A stretch of 64,000 bases of DNA from Flaccisagitta enflata (GCA_965153355.1 OZ231126.1:17794001-17858000), one strand, 5' to 3'; shown: positions 42,628 to 57,180, counted from the stretch's first letter. Numbers and translations: made by a program. The notes: generated from the letters alone by a model not told the origin.

Positions 42628-43977
42628 TAGTGTAGTTCAAAGCACTCCGACCCATGTCATGACGCGAATGGTGGTTACTGTAGTTTTGGATGTTACGCAA
42701 GGATGATGACAGCACTGACGACATTCTGATTTTTTTTCTTAAAGACACGAAGATGGTGAAATTTGTGCATTTAATTTGTTAATTTCTTTAAAGCCATAAA
42801 TGGCACGAATGCAAAATCCATGCAGTCTTGAATATTTCTTTTTTGAGCGACCAAGTTCACAATGGGTAACGTCAGTCTGTCGCTCGCTCCGTCAGTCGTA
42901 GCAATTCATCTTGACCGGTTAAGGTTACACTTATTTCTGTCCAATAAAAACGTAACCCGGTAATCGTCGAATGATCAAAAAAGATACAATAGAGTGTGAT
43001 TGGAAGAACGGAGATTCGTACAGTCTCCCTTTGTCCATACAATTTAAGTATTTTCGTCAAAGTCGGTCTTCTTTTCACTTTCTCTCTGCCGTCATTTGAG
43101 TTCCCAATTTCGAGATCCAAGACGGACAAATTTGTTGAAATTGTCGCAAACGACAAGTCCAAAACTCAAAGTCCTTGACTCAAGGAAAATCAAAAAGTTC
43201 TTCTGTTAATAACGCAATGACTCGTTTTGTCGCTTTTGCCATCTTGAACGTATTTCTGTCGAAGTTGCGTAACTGTCTTTCCTTTTTTCATCGACATTTT
43301 TTTTTGAGTTTCGAATTGCGAGTTCCAGGACGAAGAAAACTGTCGCGGAAAAAAAAATAGGAGGAGAGAACAACATAAGAAACATCCAAATTCCTTCTGT
43401 TACCAATGACTCGAGATCCATCGTAATGTAATGATTGCGACTTGGAAACCCGAGATGGAATAATCCCAATCTCTCTCTCTCTTACACAGCAGGATCGAGA
43501 CTGACCAATGGCTCTCCTCTCAAAACTGTTTTTGTGACGGATTGCTGTGTGTGTGTGTGTGTGTTTGTACCGCGTGTAGTTTTCTTTCTTAATCCCGCTT
43601 CAGGCTGTAAGTCTCCTCCTTTCACTTTTTCTTTTTCATGATTTTTTTTCTTTCTTTTTCATCTCTTCTTGGACGAGGGTACAGAAGGAGAGAGAGAGCT
43701 CGTTCTATTCTCCTCATCCTTTTCTTCTTAGGTGAATCAGTTCTTCCCTTTTCTTTTCTTCTTTTCTCTTCTCCTTCTTTTGCCCTTTTTTGTTATTTGT
43801 ACATCTTTCTTTTTTCCATTTCTTTTCTTCATCTTTTTCCTTCGTTTTCTTTTCATGTTTGCTCTGCGCATTCGCCAGTTTCTCGACGCTTTGCCTTTGA
43901 TTTAGGCCTTTTTGTTTGTTCCCTTGGGTTGGAGTTTGAGTGACGGTAAGGAATACACGATGACTCACTTCTTTCTA

Positions 43978-44541
43978 CTATCTTGGAAAAAAAAAATCTT
44001 CCGGCACGTTTACATGTATATCTTATCTTAGAATCAACCATTAATCAAAAAAATGGTGGGATAATTAAAGCCCTTCAAATTTGCAAGAGATCTATGCAAA
44101 CCGCATCCCTCTAGCTCAATGCGTTTAAAAGTTATTTAACTTTGATTGAAATACTTCAATTTTGCTTGTGCCATTTCTTCATAAATTTTAAATGAGATCT
44201 CCTCACTGTTTTTCAAATTTTTTCAAAACACATTGAGCTAGACAGAGGCGGTTTGTGCAGACAGCTTTTTTTATGATTTGATGTATCTTTTGGTAGCTAT
44301 GAGTGTAAATGTAGCGGAAGAAGAGATAAAAAAGAATTGTGAGAATGATCTGGAGTCCCTTCATTCCAGAATTACATCTTGAAGCTCTATAAATCACTTC
44401 CCCAACAAATGGCGGCCCTGATTTAGTCAAAAGGAGCACAAACTTTAGAATTATTCATGGACTTGTCACTGATTTATAATTGTTTTTATGCCAATAAATA
44501 TGTTTTTATCACAGGGCGGAAGATTTTTTTTTCCAAGATAG
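43978..44541. mobile_element. MITE with CTATCTTGG termini, TA TSD
   Basis: CTATCTTGGAAAAAAAAAATCTTCCG and CGGAAGATTTTTTTTTCCAAGATAG; TA on both sides. Confidence 0.8.
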
Positions 44542-44631
44542 TATCCTAATCTCTCTGCAGGGCTACCTTTCTCTATCCGTATTTCTTTCAATCAGCAAGT
44601 GCGCCTTCCTAACAATCTGGTTGTCTGTCTT

Positions 44632-44675
<44 letters not shown>

Positions 44676-44780
44676 CACTCTTTCTAGTTTCGGTCTGTCG
44701 GAGTGCTTATATGTCAGTCAGAATGTCCTCAAACAGCTGTTTGGTGTGCAGATCGGTTTCAGTCTCTATATCTGTTTATT

Positions 44781-44929
<149 letters not shown>

Positions 44930-46462
44930 CCTTTTGCATAAACACACAAACACAATCAGGCACATTTCACGATCTGCATTTCAGCCATCTGTTAGTGTTG
45001 TAATCCTCCTGAGCTGTTCAAATAGACGGACTGCAGGTGATTGCCCGAATCGCGATATAGGTCCGTCTGTTGGTCCTTTAATCATTCGTCTCTCACTCTT
45101 AGTAAGCAACTTTTCTCCCAACCCGCGCTCTAATGATTTTGCGACACCTAGACAGCTTTAAAGTTTAAAGTTCGATCATGCCAATATGATAGAACGTGAC
45201 GCTTGACGACGATGTTTGTATGATGTTTGCTTTACGACATTTCACTTTCCGAAAGCCATTCCCACTTTTGCAGTTCCCTATCCGGCTTTGTAAAAGACCT
45301 CAAACAAGGGTCAGGAGGTATCAAAAGAGTTCAATATCATCTTCTCATATACACATTGTGAAGAAATTTTTCGAAAAGTGTTCAAAAATTTGTTTCGTAA
45401 ATTTAAATTTTAAAAGCTTTCACAAAAAAAGAAGGCTGATTTACAGCCCCAAGAGGATCGATATATATCTCATCGAAAAAAGGAGGGCCAATTTGCTAAA
45501 AATCAAGAATAACAAGGCCCTTTGGGACATCGTAAAAGAAACAGATGATGATAACTGTTGAAATTAGAAACAAAGGCATATTGAAATGGATATAAAAAGG
45601 CAGGAACGAAACATGATAAAAGCGATCATACATTTCGATCTAGTCTTTTTTGTTTTTGTTTTTGTTTTTCATTTTGTTTTGTTTTGTTTTGTTTTTAGGG
45701 GGGGACGAGTTAACATAATCTTTTTTACAATTAGCAAAATTGAGAGAAATGAAAAAAGTTGCATGAAAGTGGCAGACCGCCGCTCACAGAGACAAGCACC
45801 AACCGATTCCCCCTGCGAGCGACAACTGATAGAGACCGAGTTTAGGCGGATTTTTGTCTAACGAGAGAAGGAAGACACAGAGCGACCACCTGATGGGTCA
45901 AAAAAAGAATCGCCTTTCATTAAATCAATTAAATGAATGTCAGAATTATAAGAAGAATTTTTAGAGATTTCTAGAAAGCTATAATCTCACGCGGAATTTC
46001 AGAGAAGATGAAGAAAGGGAACAAAGAAAATCTAGGATGAATAAAACAACGGGGAGCTCAGGAAAGATGCCAAGACCCATGACGCTAATTACCCTACGTG
46101 GCGATGTCAACATTTATTTATCTTAACTTTTCTTTTTCTCTAGATATCTCATCATCTAATCGTTCATTCATCCATTCGTTTATTGGTTCATTCATTTTCC
46201 CATTCAATTATTCATTCATGCATTCATTCATTCATTCATTCATTCATTCATTCATTCATTCATTCATTCATTCATTCATTCATTCATTCATTCATTCAAT
46301 GATTCTTTCATTCATTCGTTAATTCTTATATTCTGTCATTCATCCATTGATATATTCATTCATTCTATCCCTCCCTGTTGGCTCACTCCACTTCACATCT
46401 TGACTTGATTATTCCGGGCAGGGCGTCGGGTGCCGCTGACCATGTGCGATTCTCCGACGAAG

Positions 46463-46526
<64 letters not shown>

Positions 46527-46606
46527 AATATCGCCAATCAGTTTAAAAATCATGTTTCACAAAATCATGACGCACTCAGGAAAGAGTTGATGAATGGTGC
46601 ACTCTT

Positions 46607-46643
<37 letters not shown>

Positions 46644-46751
46644 TCTCTCTCTTCGGGGTTTTGACTTTTATTTCTAATGAATTAGGAACAGTTTAAACTG
46701 CGTTTATAAAACTTGAGCAAAGCGAGGGCGCCCTAGAAATACTTTCCGGCA

Positions 46752-46808
46752 GTTGTTGTTGCTGTTGTTGCTGTTATATTATTGTTGTTTGTGGTTGTGG
46801 TTGTCGTT

Positions 46809-46855
<47 letters not shown>

Positions 46856-46872
46856 CGTCGTCGTCGTCGTCG

Positions 46873-46928
<56 letters not shown>

Positions 46929-46954
46929 ATTGTTGTTGTTGTTGTTGTTGTTGT

Positions 46955-47003
<49 letters not shown>

Positions 47004-47049
47004 AATGATAATGATGATGATGATGAAATGATGACGAAATGATGATGAA

Positions 47050-47100
<51 letters not shown>
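46752..47100. repeat. Compound trinucleotide tract (GTT, GTC/GTG, GTT, GAT)
   Basis: Read directly. Confidence 0.96.
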
Positions 47101-47102
<2 letters not shown>

Positions 47103-47922
47103 ATTTTAAGAAAATCTCTCATTTCTTTGTCTATTGAAATATTTCCGGAAATCCGTTTTTTTATGGAAGCGGGCTAGCCACTCTATGAAAGGCTTTGTCT
47201 GTCCATCGGTCCGTCCGTCCTTCCATCTGTCCGTGCGTGTTAAAAATATTTTTGTTGCCGCGATTTTGATAGTGTGTGTCTGAATTTAGAGATGGGAGTG
47301 GTATGCCACTGCCCTCGATGATATTGTAACGCCGCGTCACTTATTCTTTTTTTTTAGGCTTCTAGCTGGTAAAAATTTTCTTTCTTTTCTATTATCATTT
47401 TAACGAGGCAAAGATTAGTTCGCTCCCCCCCCCCCCCCGGGCCCCCCACCCTGCGAGAGGTTTATGGAAGTATTTTCTCTTCATCGTCGCCGCCGGTTTG
47501 TGTCTTGACGTCTCTTTGCGTCTTGACGATGACGTCTCCGCGCCTCTTATTTGTCGTTATCCATCTTTCATTCTTTTCATTGATCTTCGTAGAGAATTCA
47601 AAGATAATTCCTTTCAAGCAGATTATAAAAGTGAAGAAGCTTCTTTATCAACGAGTGCACTCAATTCTTCAGCAAGATCAAGTTCACTGTCTCAGAGATA
47701 TAACTTATGCCCAAGTAACTTGAAAATTCGCGTTTCTTTTAATGGTTAACTTACAGGCAGAAAGTGACGCCATAACTTTGCACTTTAAACACGAGCACTT
47801 AAATCAAATGACTCATTCAGAGTAATGAAAATCGTATTCATCATAGATTCAAAATGTTTAAAGATGACATGGTTCGTAAACATTTTGTTCTTGCACTTGA
47901 CAGTGGAGCTGGTGATGAGAGG

Positions 47923-48064
47923 ACAAGGCCAAGTAGGCCAAGTAGGCCAATAAGGTGCGACGTGTGGATCGAGATCGTCGATCGAATGCGTTACCCGACC
48001 AACCGACCAACCGACCAACCAACGGACATAGCCAATTATAGCGGTGCTTTGTCGCACCTAAAAA
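47923..48064 (-). mobile_element. HINE-like element of a divergent subfamily (AGGTGCGAC subTIR)
   Basis: ACAAGGCC end, AGGTGCGAC (47953-47961), (CCAA/CCGA)n microsatellite, and terminal palindrome GGTGCTTTGTCGCACCTAAAAA. Confidence 0.65.
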
Positions 48065-48878
48065 ATAAAATTGTCGTTATCACATTTTTCTTCTTTTTTT
48101 GCTTTCTCTTTCTTTTGTATCCATTTACATAGTAAAGTTAGCACAATCATCCTGTACTCAGCTGGGCTTTTCAACAATGGTTACACATGCCAATGGAAAG
48201 ATCGTTTGCAAATTTTTTTCTTTCCATCCCTGTATCAGATATCGTTCGTTATCTTCATTTTTTACAGCGTGTCTGACGGTCGGACGGACGGTCGGACGGT
48301 GGATCAGTCAGTTGGTTTTTCATTTTCTCCATCCACGGTCGCTCCACTTTGGTGCTTCTGTTTGACTGCTCGTTTAGAATTCATTTTTCTACCAGTTCGA
48401 ACGTTTATTTGATATTGTTTTCATGACCATTCACTGTTTAATAATCATGCCGCGTAAATTGTCAAACATAAAAAGGAGACCGGAGATGATAGAGTACGTA
48501 TAAGCGTTTAAAAAAAAAGACGCTTTGTTTTGAAATTTCTTATCAGTCTTTTGTTTCGTTCATCATCAATTTTAAGGATTTTCTTTTCTTTTTTTTTAGA
48601 TTTTCGATTCTATCAATTTTGTATCTAGCTTGGAGTTAAAACGTCGACGAAGTAAAAGCAACTATCCATGGTCAATGTGATGTGATATCTCTTACAAATT
48701 GAGAAGAGCGGTTGAAAAGATATTTGAGCCGAATGATTGTAGAATGAGAGAGACAGAGCTGAAACGGAGAAAAGTAGACAATAGAGAAGATGAAAGAGAA
48801 ACAAAGAGAGTGAAAGGCTTGTTTTGTCGAACACGATACATGCCGTAATAAGGGCGCGTGATTGGGGGAAAAAGATAA

Positions 48879-48955
<77 letters not shown>

Positions 48956-49083
48956 GACTAATGTTGTTTCGATGATAGACCGAACGAGCGGTCGTCTTTG
49001 CCGACCGTTAAATTCACGGATTCATGTTTGTAATCGATGTTGGACGATTTCGTCATCGTTATCGTCAGCGATAATGTGATACA

Positions 49084-49666
49084 TTTTTAGTCGCGTGCTA
49101 CGCGACTCTACACGCCGCTTTGTCCGTCGGTCGGTTGGTCGGTCGGTCGGTCGGTCGGTCGGTCACACTTTACTTTTTTTATTCGTTTTATTCCTACGAA
49201 CTGATTTTAAGTTAATTTGGTCATTTAAAGTCAAATTAGATCATTTTAAGTCATTTTAGGTCATTTAAAGTCAGTTTAAGTCAATTTAAGTCATTTGAGT
49301 TATTTTAATAGTTTTCATCATTTTAGTGATTTTAGGTCAATTTAAGTCAGTTTAGGTCAGTTAAGTTCAATTTAAGTCATTCTAGGTCAATTTGAGTCAT
49401 TTAAAGTCATTTTAAGTCATTTTAAGTCAATTTAAGTCATTTTAGTCACTAAGTCATTTTAGTCATTTTAGGTCAATTCAAGTCATTTTAGTCATTTTAG
49501 GTCAATTCAAGTCAATTTAGGTCATTTTAAGTCATTTTAGGTCATTTTAAATCATTTTAAGTCACCTTATATCAATTAAATTCAATGAAAATCATTTTAG
49601 TTATGCGGTTATGTAATAAAGTAATTATTTAAGTCTCGCACGCGACTTATAGGTGTTGGCCTTGTT
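49084..49666 (+). mobile_element. HINE-like element carrying a 10-bp AAGTCATTTT array
   Basis: AGTCGCGTGCTACGCGACTCTAC 5' end, (GGTC)n, array ~49205-49565, and GCACGCGACTTATAGGTGTTGGCCTTGTT 3' end. Confidence 0.85.
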
Positions 49667-49776
49667 GTTGATTCAGTCGTTGAATTATTGTTATCACTGC
49701 CTTTGGTTTCAGTTTTCAAACGTTTGTTTCCCTGGAATTGTTGACATATCCGTCGATGAAGATATCAACTTTCATA

Positions 49777-49777
<1 letters not shown>

Positions 49778-49846
<69 letters not shown>

Positions 49847-49928
49847 GCTGTTGAAGTTGTTTTGACTGCTGCTAATGTTGTTGTTGTTGTTGTTGCTGTT
49901 GCTGTTGCTGTTGTTGTTGCTGTTGTTA

Positions 49929-50019
<91 letters not shown>

Positions 50020-50309
50020 GCTGTTGTTGTTATTATTGTTGTTGTTGTTGTTGTTGTTGTTGTCCTTCACATCTCTGTTTTCATCATTAACATCATCGTC
50101 TTTGTCCCCTTTTGTTTTTTGTGGTCATCTTTGTTTTCATCTTTATGATAACCATTGTCTTTGTCCTCGTCCTCATTGTTTCGTTGTTATTTGCATCGTC
50201 ATTGTCATTGTCCTTGTCCTTGTCTCGCTCACATTATATGAATTCATTCATTCATTCATTCATTCATTCATTCATTCATTCATTCATTCATTCATTCATT
50301 CATTCATTC
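49778..50309. repeat. (GTT)n and (TTCA)n microsatellites
   Basis: Tracts at 49778-50062 and 50242-50309; (TTCA)n also at 46218-46297. Confidence 0.96.
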
Positions 50310-50686
50310 ATCTCATCATAACTATCATCGTGTCTTTCCTTATCGTCCTCGTTATCGTCGTAGTCATTATCGTCATTGTCCTTGTCCTAGTTGTTTTCAG
50401 CATTACAATCATCATCTCTGTCCTCGTCATCTCTGTTTTCATCGATATCGTCATCGTCACTGAGCTTGTTCTAGTTGTTTTCATCGGTATCATCATCGAT
50501 AAGCAGTCTTATTTTTGACGACTATTGTCATGACATTTCTGGTTTTGAAGGAAGTCGCGTGCGGCTTGAATGTGATTGACCGTTACACATTTGGCCTGAG
50601 GGCTACGAATGGCGAAGGGCCGTACACCTTCTTTTTCCGACTACATTTCAATCGTCAGGTCACACGCCCTCTTCTCTTTCTTTCTC

Positions 50687-50765
<79 letters not shown>

Positions 50766-50923
50766 CTCTTTCTTTCTTGCTTTCTTGCTTTCTTGCTTTC
50801 TTGCTTTGCTTTTCTTCTTCTTACTTCTTCTTCTTCTTCTTCTGCCCGCCTTCGCTTCTGTCTCTTCCTCCTTCTTCTTTTCTTGCATCTTCTTCTTTTC
50901 TTTTCTGCTTGCTTGCTTGCTTG

Positions 50924-50955
<32 letters not shown>

Positions 50956-51001
50956 TTACTTTCTTTCTTTCTTTATTCCTTTCTGTCTCTCCTTTTTCCG
51001 T

Positions 51002-51085
<84 letters not shown>

Positions 51086-51816
51086 TTTTTCTTTTTTGCT
51101 GTTTGTTACAGGTCGTCTGTCTAAGTCGCGTTCTGACGGGTCTTCGCGACTGAGAATGATATCGATCATTCATAAATCTACAACAATCGTAGCCATGGGA
51201 TGATTTTGGATCAGTCATAACCATCAGATGAGTTCATCATGACCACATGTTGCCGTTGTCAGACGGGCAAGGACTCAACTTATGAGGGGGAATTTTTGAC
51301 AGTGCTTCATGGTAAAAATTGACAATTAGGATATTACATTGTAATACGATTTGAGCACATTCCTAGACGCTTGTTCAGCAAATACTATATAATAGTATGC
51401 GAAGGTTTGTCTGTAAGTGCGTCCGTAGTCATGCAACAGTTTGAGATGACGCAAAATCGCTCGAAATAGCTTTTTCTGCGGTTCATATCATTACTGCCCC
51501 TACACAACCTCAAAAACGTGAATCCGGCCTTGTTCATCATCACCGCCCCTGCCACTGCCACTGCTCCTCATTAAGGTCGCATTAAATGATATAGCCTGAT
51601 GGCGAAAAAGAATTTCTTGTATTAGGTAACGACTTTCTCTGGCTGTTGAAGAAAAATATAAAGACTTTCTACAGAATTTATGGTATAAGTACTCGGAATT
51701 TCACAATTCATTAGGGGGGTTGCTTTGAGGGATAATGGAAAGCAAAGAAAGGGACGAAAAAAAAATAGGTCAGAGATGACTTCAAGCCTCGCGAATAGGA
51801 CATGTTAAGTTAAATC

Positions 51817-51958
<142 letters not shown>

Positions 51959-52030
51959 GAGAGAGATATATAGTAGATATATATATATATATTATATATG
52001 TATATATTATATTATATATATTATATCATA

Positions 52031-52123
<93 letters not shown>

Positions 52124-52264
52124 ATTGAATCTGCCCAGGTGAAGGTTTCTCTGGAAGCCTCCACGACAGGAGGGCGACCGAGGCGACATGTGGGAAAACC
52201 GCGGGGGAGGCGATGAAGAAGCGCGGGAGATTTGACTCCATTCCTTGACACAAACAAGGAAATG

Positions 52265-52392
<128 letters not shown>

Positions 52393-52626
52393 GAGAGAGA
52401 CCGACAGACAGACAGATAGACAGACAGACAGCCAGCCAGAAAGAGACAGAGAAAGAGACCGAGAAAGAGACAGACAGAGCGGTTATAAAGAACATTATTC
52501 GTGTTTTGTCGCACGTTAAACATTTTTTTCATTATTCTTTGAATTAAGATCGATTTCCTTTGATCATTGTGTGGATGAAAAAAAGCGGAAGAGATTAAAA
52601 TCTTTTTCCCAGTCGGCGTCTTAAAG

Positions 52627-52793
52627 AACAAGGCCGGATACACGGCAATCCAGTCGCGGACGGTTGGGCAGGAGCAGTAATGCGAAAACCGCTCGGAATT
52701 CAAAAATGGTACGGACGGACGGACGGACGGACAGACGGACCGACCTACCGACCGACACGGCAAGGTGTAGAGTCGCGTGTCCGCGACTAAAAA
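52627..52793 (-). mobile_element. HINE-like element (GTCCGCGACT subfamily), apparently intact
   Basis: AACAAGGCCGGATACACGGCAATCCAGTCGCGGACGG...(GGAC)n...GAGTCGCGTGTCCGCGACTAAAAA. Confidence 0.85.
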
Positions 52794-52931
52794 GGAGAGG
52801 ACAGAGAACGCGATGAGCCGATGACGTGTACGTGTTGTTTCCACCATCATGACACATAAGAAACAACAAGGCCAGATGTGTTACTTTCTTTGTTTTGACC
52901 TGACGTTTATGCAAAATGACGAAAAAAGCTA

Positions 52932-54077
52932 CAGTACGATGGGAGCAAAGACAACCTAGACTGGAGGTTCAATTTTGGGTATATAAATTTTATTTGATTT
53001 AAAAGAAAATAAGATATATATCAATTAAAGGCTGCTCTATTGCTTGAATATATTAGTTTTTTTTCATTCTTCAACTTGCGACTTGACTTCAAAAGAACTT
53101 TATTTTTCAACGTTTTAACCTAGCCCATTAGATGAAGCTGAAAAACTTATATAATTTTGAGGAAAAAAAATCAGCTTAATCAGATTATTTTTACAGGTTT
53201 TACATCTTTTTTTCAAAAAGAACAATTATGTAAATCAATATTTGGGCAAAGCTTAAAACAGGCATAAAACCTGGAAAAATAGTCCAATTGAACTGATTTT
53301 TTTTTTTAAATTATATAGAATTTTCTGCTCAATCTGATGAGCTAGGTTAAAACATTGAAAAATGAAATCCTAATGAAGTGAAGTCACAAGTTGAAAAATG
53401 AGAGAAGTCAATATATTCACGCAATATAGCAACTTTTAATCAACATAGATCTTAATTCTTTTATGTACCGGGTGGACATATAAAAAAGGTAGCTCTGTAT
53501 CTAAATAAAATAAAAACAGTTTTTAACGGCTTATCATGTGAATATTTGAAATAGTGAATCTCTGAGTTTGTATATATGATTAAAATATATGAATTTGAAT
53601 CATGTATAATAGACCAAAATGATTTTTTCTGAGTATGATTGCCTTTTTATAACCAAAAGTGATAATTGATTATTATTAGTGTTTTAGGTATGCATTAGGT
53701 TTTTTATTCAAGAAGTTTTGGTTTTTATACTTTCCTAAGACCCACTTTTATTAAACTACCTTCATTTAATAGTAAATTTTGTTAAAATCATTGATTTTTA
53801 GTCAAATTCAAGCAAAATTCTTTAAGTGGTCTCTAATTCAATTCAGTTTTTATTAAATAAAATGGAAAATATTGATCCTCATGAAAAATGTTCATAATGG
53901 AACATGTAGGCAACAATCATATCTAGGTAGCTAAAAAAAATTATTTACTTAGAAAAAATTTTAAAAGTGTTATAAAAAATTAAAACCTACTTTTTTAAAG
54001 ACCACCCGTTATCAAATGAGATTAGGATACCTAAAATCTATCCTCCAGTCTAGGTCGTCTTTGCTCCCATCGAACTG
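52932..54077. mobile_element. Hairpin Tc1-type MITE (CAGT ends, TA TSD) interrupted by a nested MITE
   Basis: CAGTACGATGGGAGCAAAGACAACCTAGACTGGAGG and CCTCCAGTCTAGGTCGTCTTTGCTCCCATCGAACTG; internal arms ~53000-53200 and ~53270-53463 are inverted. Confidence 0.88.
53468..54009. mobile_element. Nested mariner-like MITE (CCGGGTG end), TA TSD
   Basis: TA-CCGGGTGGACATATAAAAAAGGTAG and CTACTTTTTTAAAGACCACCCGT-TA; its removal restores the host's right arm. Confidence 0.7.
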
Positions 54078-54359
54078 TAGGTTTTGAAATGAAAAGAACA
54101 TAATGCGTCCAGTATTTCCTTGCATAACATGATAAGATATCAACAATTGCAACGTTGAACAATGTAACTTATCTCGGGTCCAATAAATTCCGGCATACCA
54201 TTTAGTTTTGCTCTGACCACTAAAACCATTGCTATCCCTTATAATCTACTTATGTTATTGACTATTTGTCTAATTGCAAGTTATATTGGACAACACGTTT
54301 TAACGAATTTGTGATGGTGAAGAAACGAAATTGTAAAGTTTTGTTCCGGTGTGATAAAA

Positions 54360-54400
<41 letters not shown>

Positions 54401-55235
54401 GATTGGCGGACGGAAAGACGCATGTATTGTCGTCGAGCTGAGAAGTTCACGGCTTCACTTTCTATCCTCTTCTTTGAAATTTTCTTTGATTGCCCTTAAC
54501 AGTCACGTGCGGAATGGCCCTGGGCAGCTTACTTGTACTCGAAATATTTCGCGCCATCAAAGTATTATGCGGTGACAAAGTATCTCGCGATATCAAAGCG
54601 ATACATCGAAGTCCTAAAATCCTGAATCGCCAAAATGAGACCGACCAACCAACCAAAGGATGGGCAGACATGATCTATCATAGATTTGCAGGAATGCAGA
54701 TAAAAAGACAATAGGATAAAACTACTTTTGAGATTTGACAGACAGACGGATTGACGGAGCTCATAGATTTATAGACAAATGGATGAACTGATGAACCCCA
54801 AAAATGTTGATTCATCGAAACACTTCAAGGACTTACAGTTGATAAATCTTTTTTCTTGAACTTGATTTTTTTCCACATTTGATTTTTTTCTTTCTTTTGT
54901 CTTTTATTCCACGTTTTTCTCATTTGTGCGATTTTTTATCATCATTTTACGAACATGAAAAAAAAAGAGAAAAGAATAAAACAGAAAAAAAAAAGGTTTA
55001 ATCCGGCAGAAAAGAAAAGTGAAGTCGTTGTCTACAAGAAAATGAACCGAAGTAAAATCGTGGGAAGACCCAGTAGAGAAGAGAAGAGGAAAGAAGAAAA
55101 TCTGGAGTTAATGAAGATAGAAGGTCAGAGAGCCAGAGACGGGATGAGAGAAGAAAGACAGAACAGAAAGACAGAAAGAAAGAAAGAAAAATATGAAAGA
55201 AAGAAAAAAGAAAGAAAGAAAGAAAGAAAGAAAAA

Positions 55236-55298
<63 letters not shown>

Positions 55299-55308
55299 GA
55301 GGGAAGGA

Positions 55309-55375
<67 letters not shown>

Positions 55376-55484
55376 GAAAGAATAAAAAAGTAAAAAAGAA
55401 AGATAGAAAGAAAGAAAGAAAGATAGAAAGAAAGACAGAAAGAAAGCAAGAAAGAAAGAAAGATCGAAAGACAGAAGAAAAAGT

Positions 55485-55556
<72 letters not shown>

Positions 55557-55593
55557 AAGAAAGAAAGATCGAAAGACAGAAGAAAAAGTAAGT

Positions 55594-55625
<32 letters not shown>

Positions 55626-55638
55626 AGGAAAGAAAGAT

Positions 55639-55713
<75 letters not shown>

Positions 55714-55905
55714 AAAAAAAATGGAGAGAAAGGAAAAACCAGGAGCTTACAAAACGACAGTTGTTGGCTCTGCTCACTGCATCCCGGGTCCAAGATAAAG
55801 ATAAAAAGGACGAGAGAAAGCAAATAAGAACTCGACTACCCATGAGAACATAAAAAATGTGGAAGTAATTAACGAAGCATTGTTTTTTGTTTGTGAGAAA
55901 GAATG

Positions 55906-55992
<87 letters not shown>

Positions 55993-56721
55993 AAGAGAGA
56001 GAGAGAGACTTATAGTCGGGCAGACAGTAGGAAAACAGATTGATCGACTTAACGACAGATAGACAGAAAGCGAGATGGACAAACATACAGACAGGTAGAT
56101 AGACTGTCACAGCTTGGGACAAAGCAATTGTACTATAAATATGAAGGACATGGGTAATTTGAGCATAGAAATACTTAGTAGGGAAAATAGAGGAGTATGA
56201 AAAAAGAGATGCAAAGAATATTTAGCAAGTAGGAAAAAAAGAAAGAAAGAAAGGAAGACGGAGAGACAGAAAAGAAGATGGAAAGAAAAAAGGAAAAAGG
56301 GCAAAAACAGAGCAGGAAAGCAAAGGTAAAATAAAAACTCTGAAACTCTGAGACTCTGGAAATACCCTGGAAAAAGCGACCTCATCGCGACTAAAAAAAA
56401 AATAAATGAGCAATTTGAAAACGGAAAAATATGTTTTAGTTGGCTTTTTCGTGTGGAGCCAAAAATAAGGAAAAAATAGCCCCGAGAAAATCGATTTCAC
56501 TTTCCCTGTTCTGAAAACCTCGACGACTCAGCATCTCTCTCTCTCTCTCTCTCTCTCTTCAATCTTCCCCTTCTCTTCCCCTTTTCTCCCTGGGCACTCG
56601 ATCGCATTGTTCCAAGAAAAGCAGCGGAATATTGAGCAAAGATGATAACCAGTGGCTTTTGACAAGACAAGCGAATGGCTGGTAGATGGTGTTTCCCCCC
56701 AAAAAGTTAAAATTATTATTA

Positions 56722-56920
56722 CTAGTCGCATGTTACGGGACTCAAAACCCCATTTTGTCTATCTGTTTGTCAATCTGTTTGTTTATCAAATCTTATTTTT
56801 CATATTTCATCGGTTTTTGACCTCACTGCTCTTTCCCAAATGCAAATGCTCTAGTTACGCCAAATATGTCCCTTGCCCACCGACATGCAACTGGGTTAGC
56901 TGTACATCTGGTCTTATTAG
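56722..56920 (+). mobile_element. Old degenerate HINE-like copy
   Basis: AGTCGCATGTTACGGGACTC...CCTCACTGCTC...CCTTGCCCACC...CATGCAACTGGGTTAGCTGTACATCTGGTCTTATT parallels the consensus. Confidence 0.55.
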
Positions 56921-57051
56921 TTTAGATTATTAGATCAGATTGACCCTAAGGCATAACAGTGAAAAAAATGAACAGAATGATTGGCCGAAGTGGAGAACTC
57001 CTCACTGTGGTTGTGCACATGTTTTTTCACGAATCCATAACTGTAATCTTA

Positions 57052-57180
57052 CCCCTAACCCTACCCTAACCATAAACTCACTCCTAAACCTAACATAACC
57101 TCTGATCCTATCCCCACCCCTAAACACACCCCTATCCCTAACCCAACCTCTAACCCTAACTAAACCCCAGCCAAAACCCA
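57052..57180. repeat. Degenerate (CCCTAA)n interstitial telomere-like tract
   Basis: CCCTAACCCTACCCTAACC...CCCTAACCCAACCTCTAACCCTAAC. Confidence 0.6.

Noticed and set aside
42630..43530. Coding exons in unique sequence
   Set aside because: Short ORFs on both strands without recognisable domains or clear splice boundaries.
54955..56122. Long Lys/Glu/Arg-rich or Phe/Leu/Ser-rich ORFs
   Set aside because: Translations of (GAAA)n, (GACA)n and (GA)n microsatellites. The same applies to the poly-N, poly-Q, poly-V, poly-H and ER/SL/HT ORFs throughout the window.
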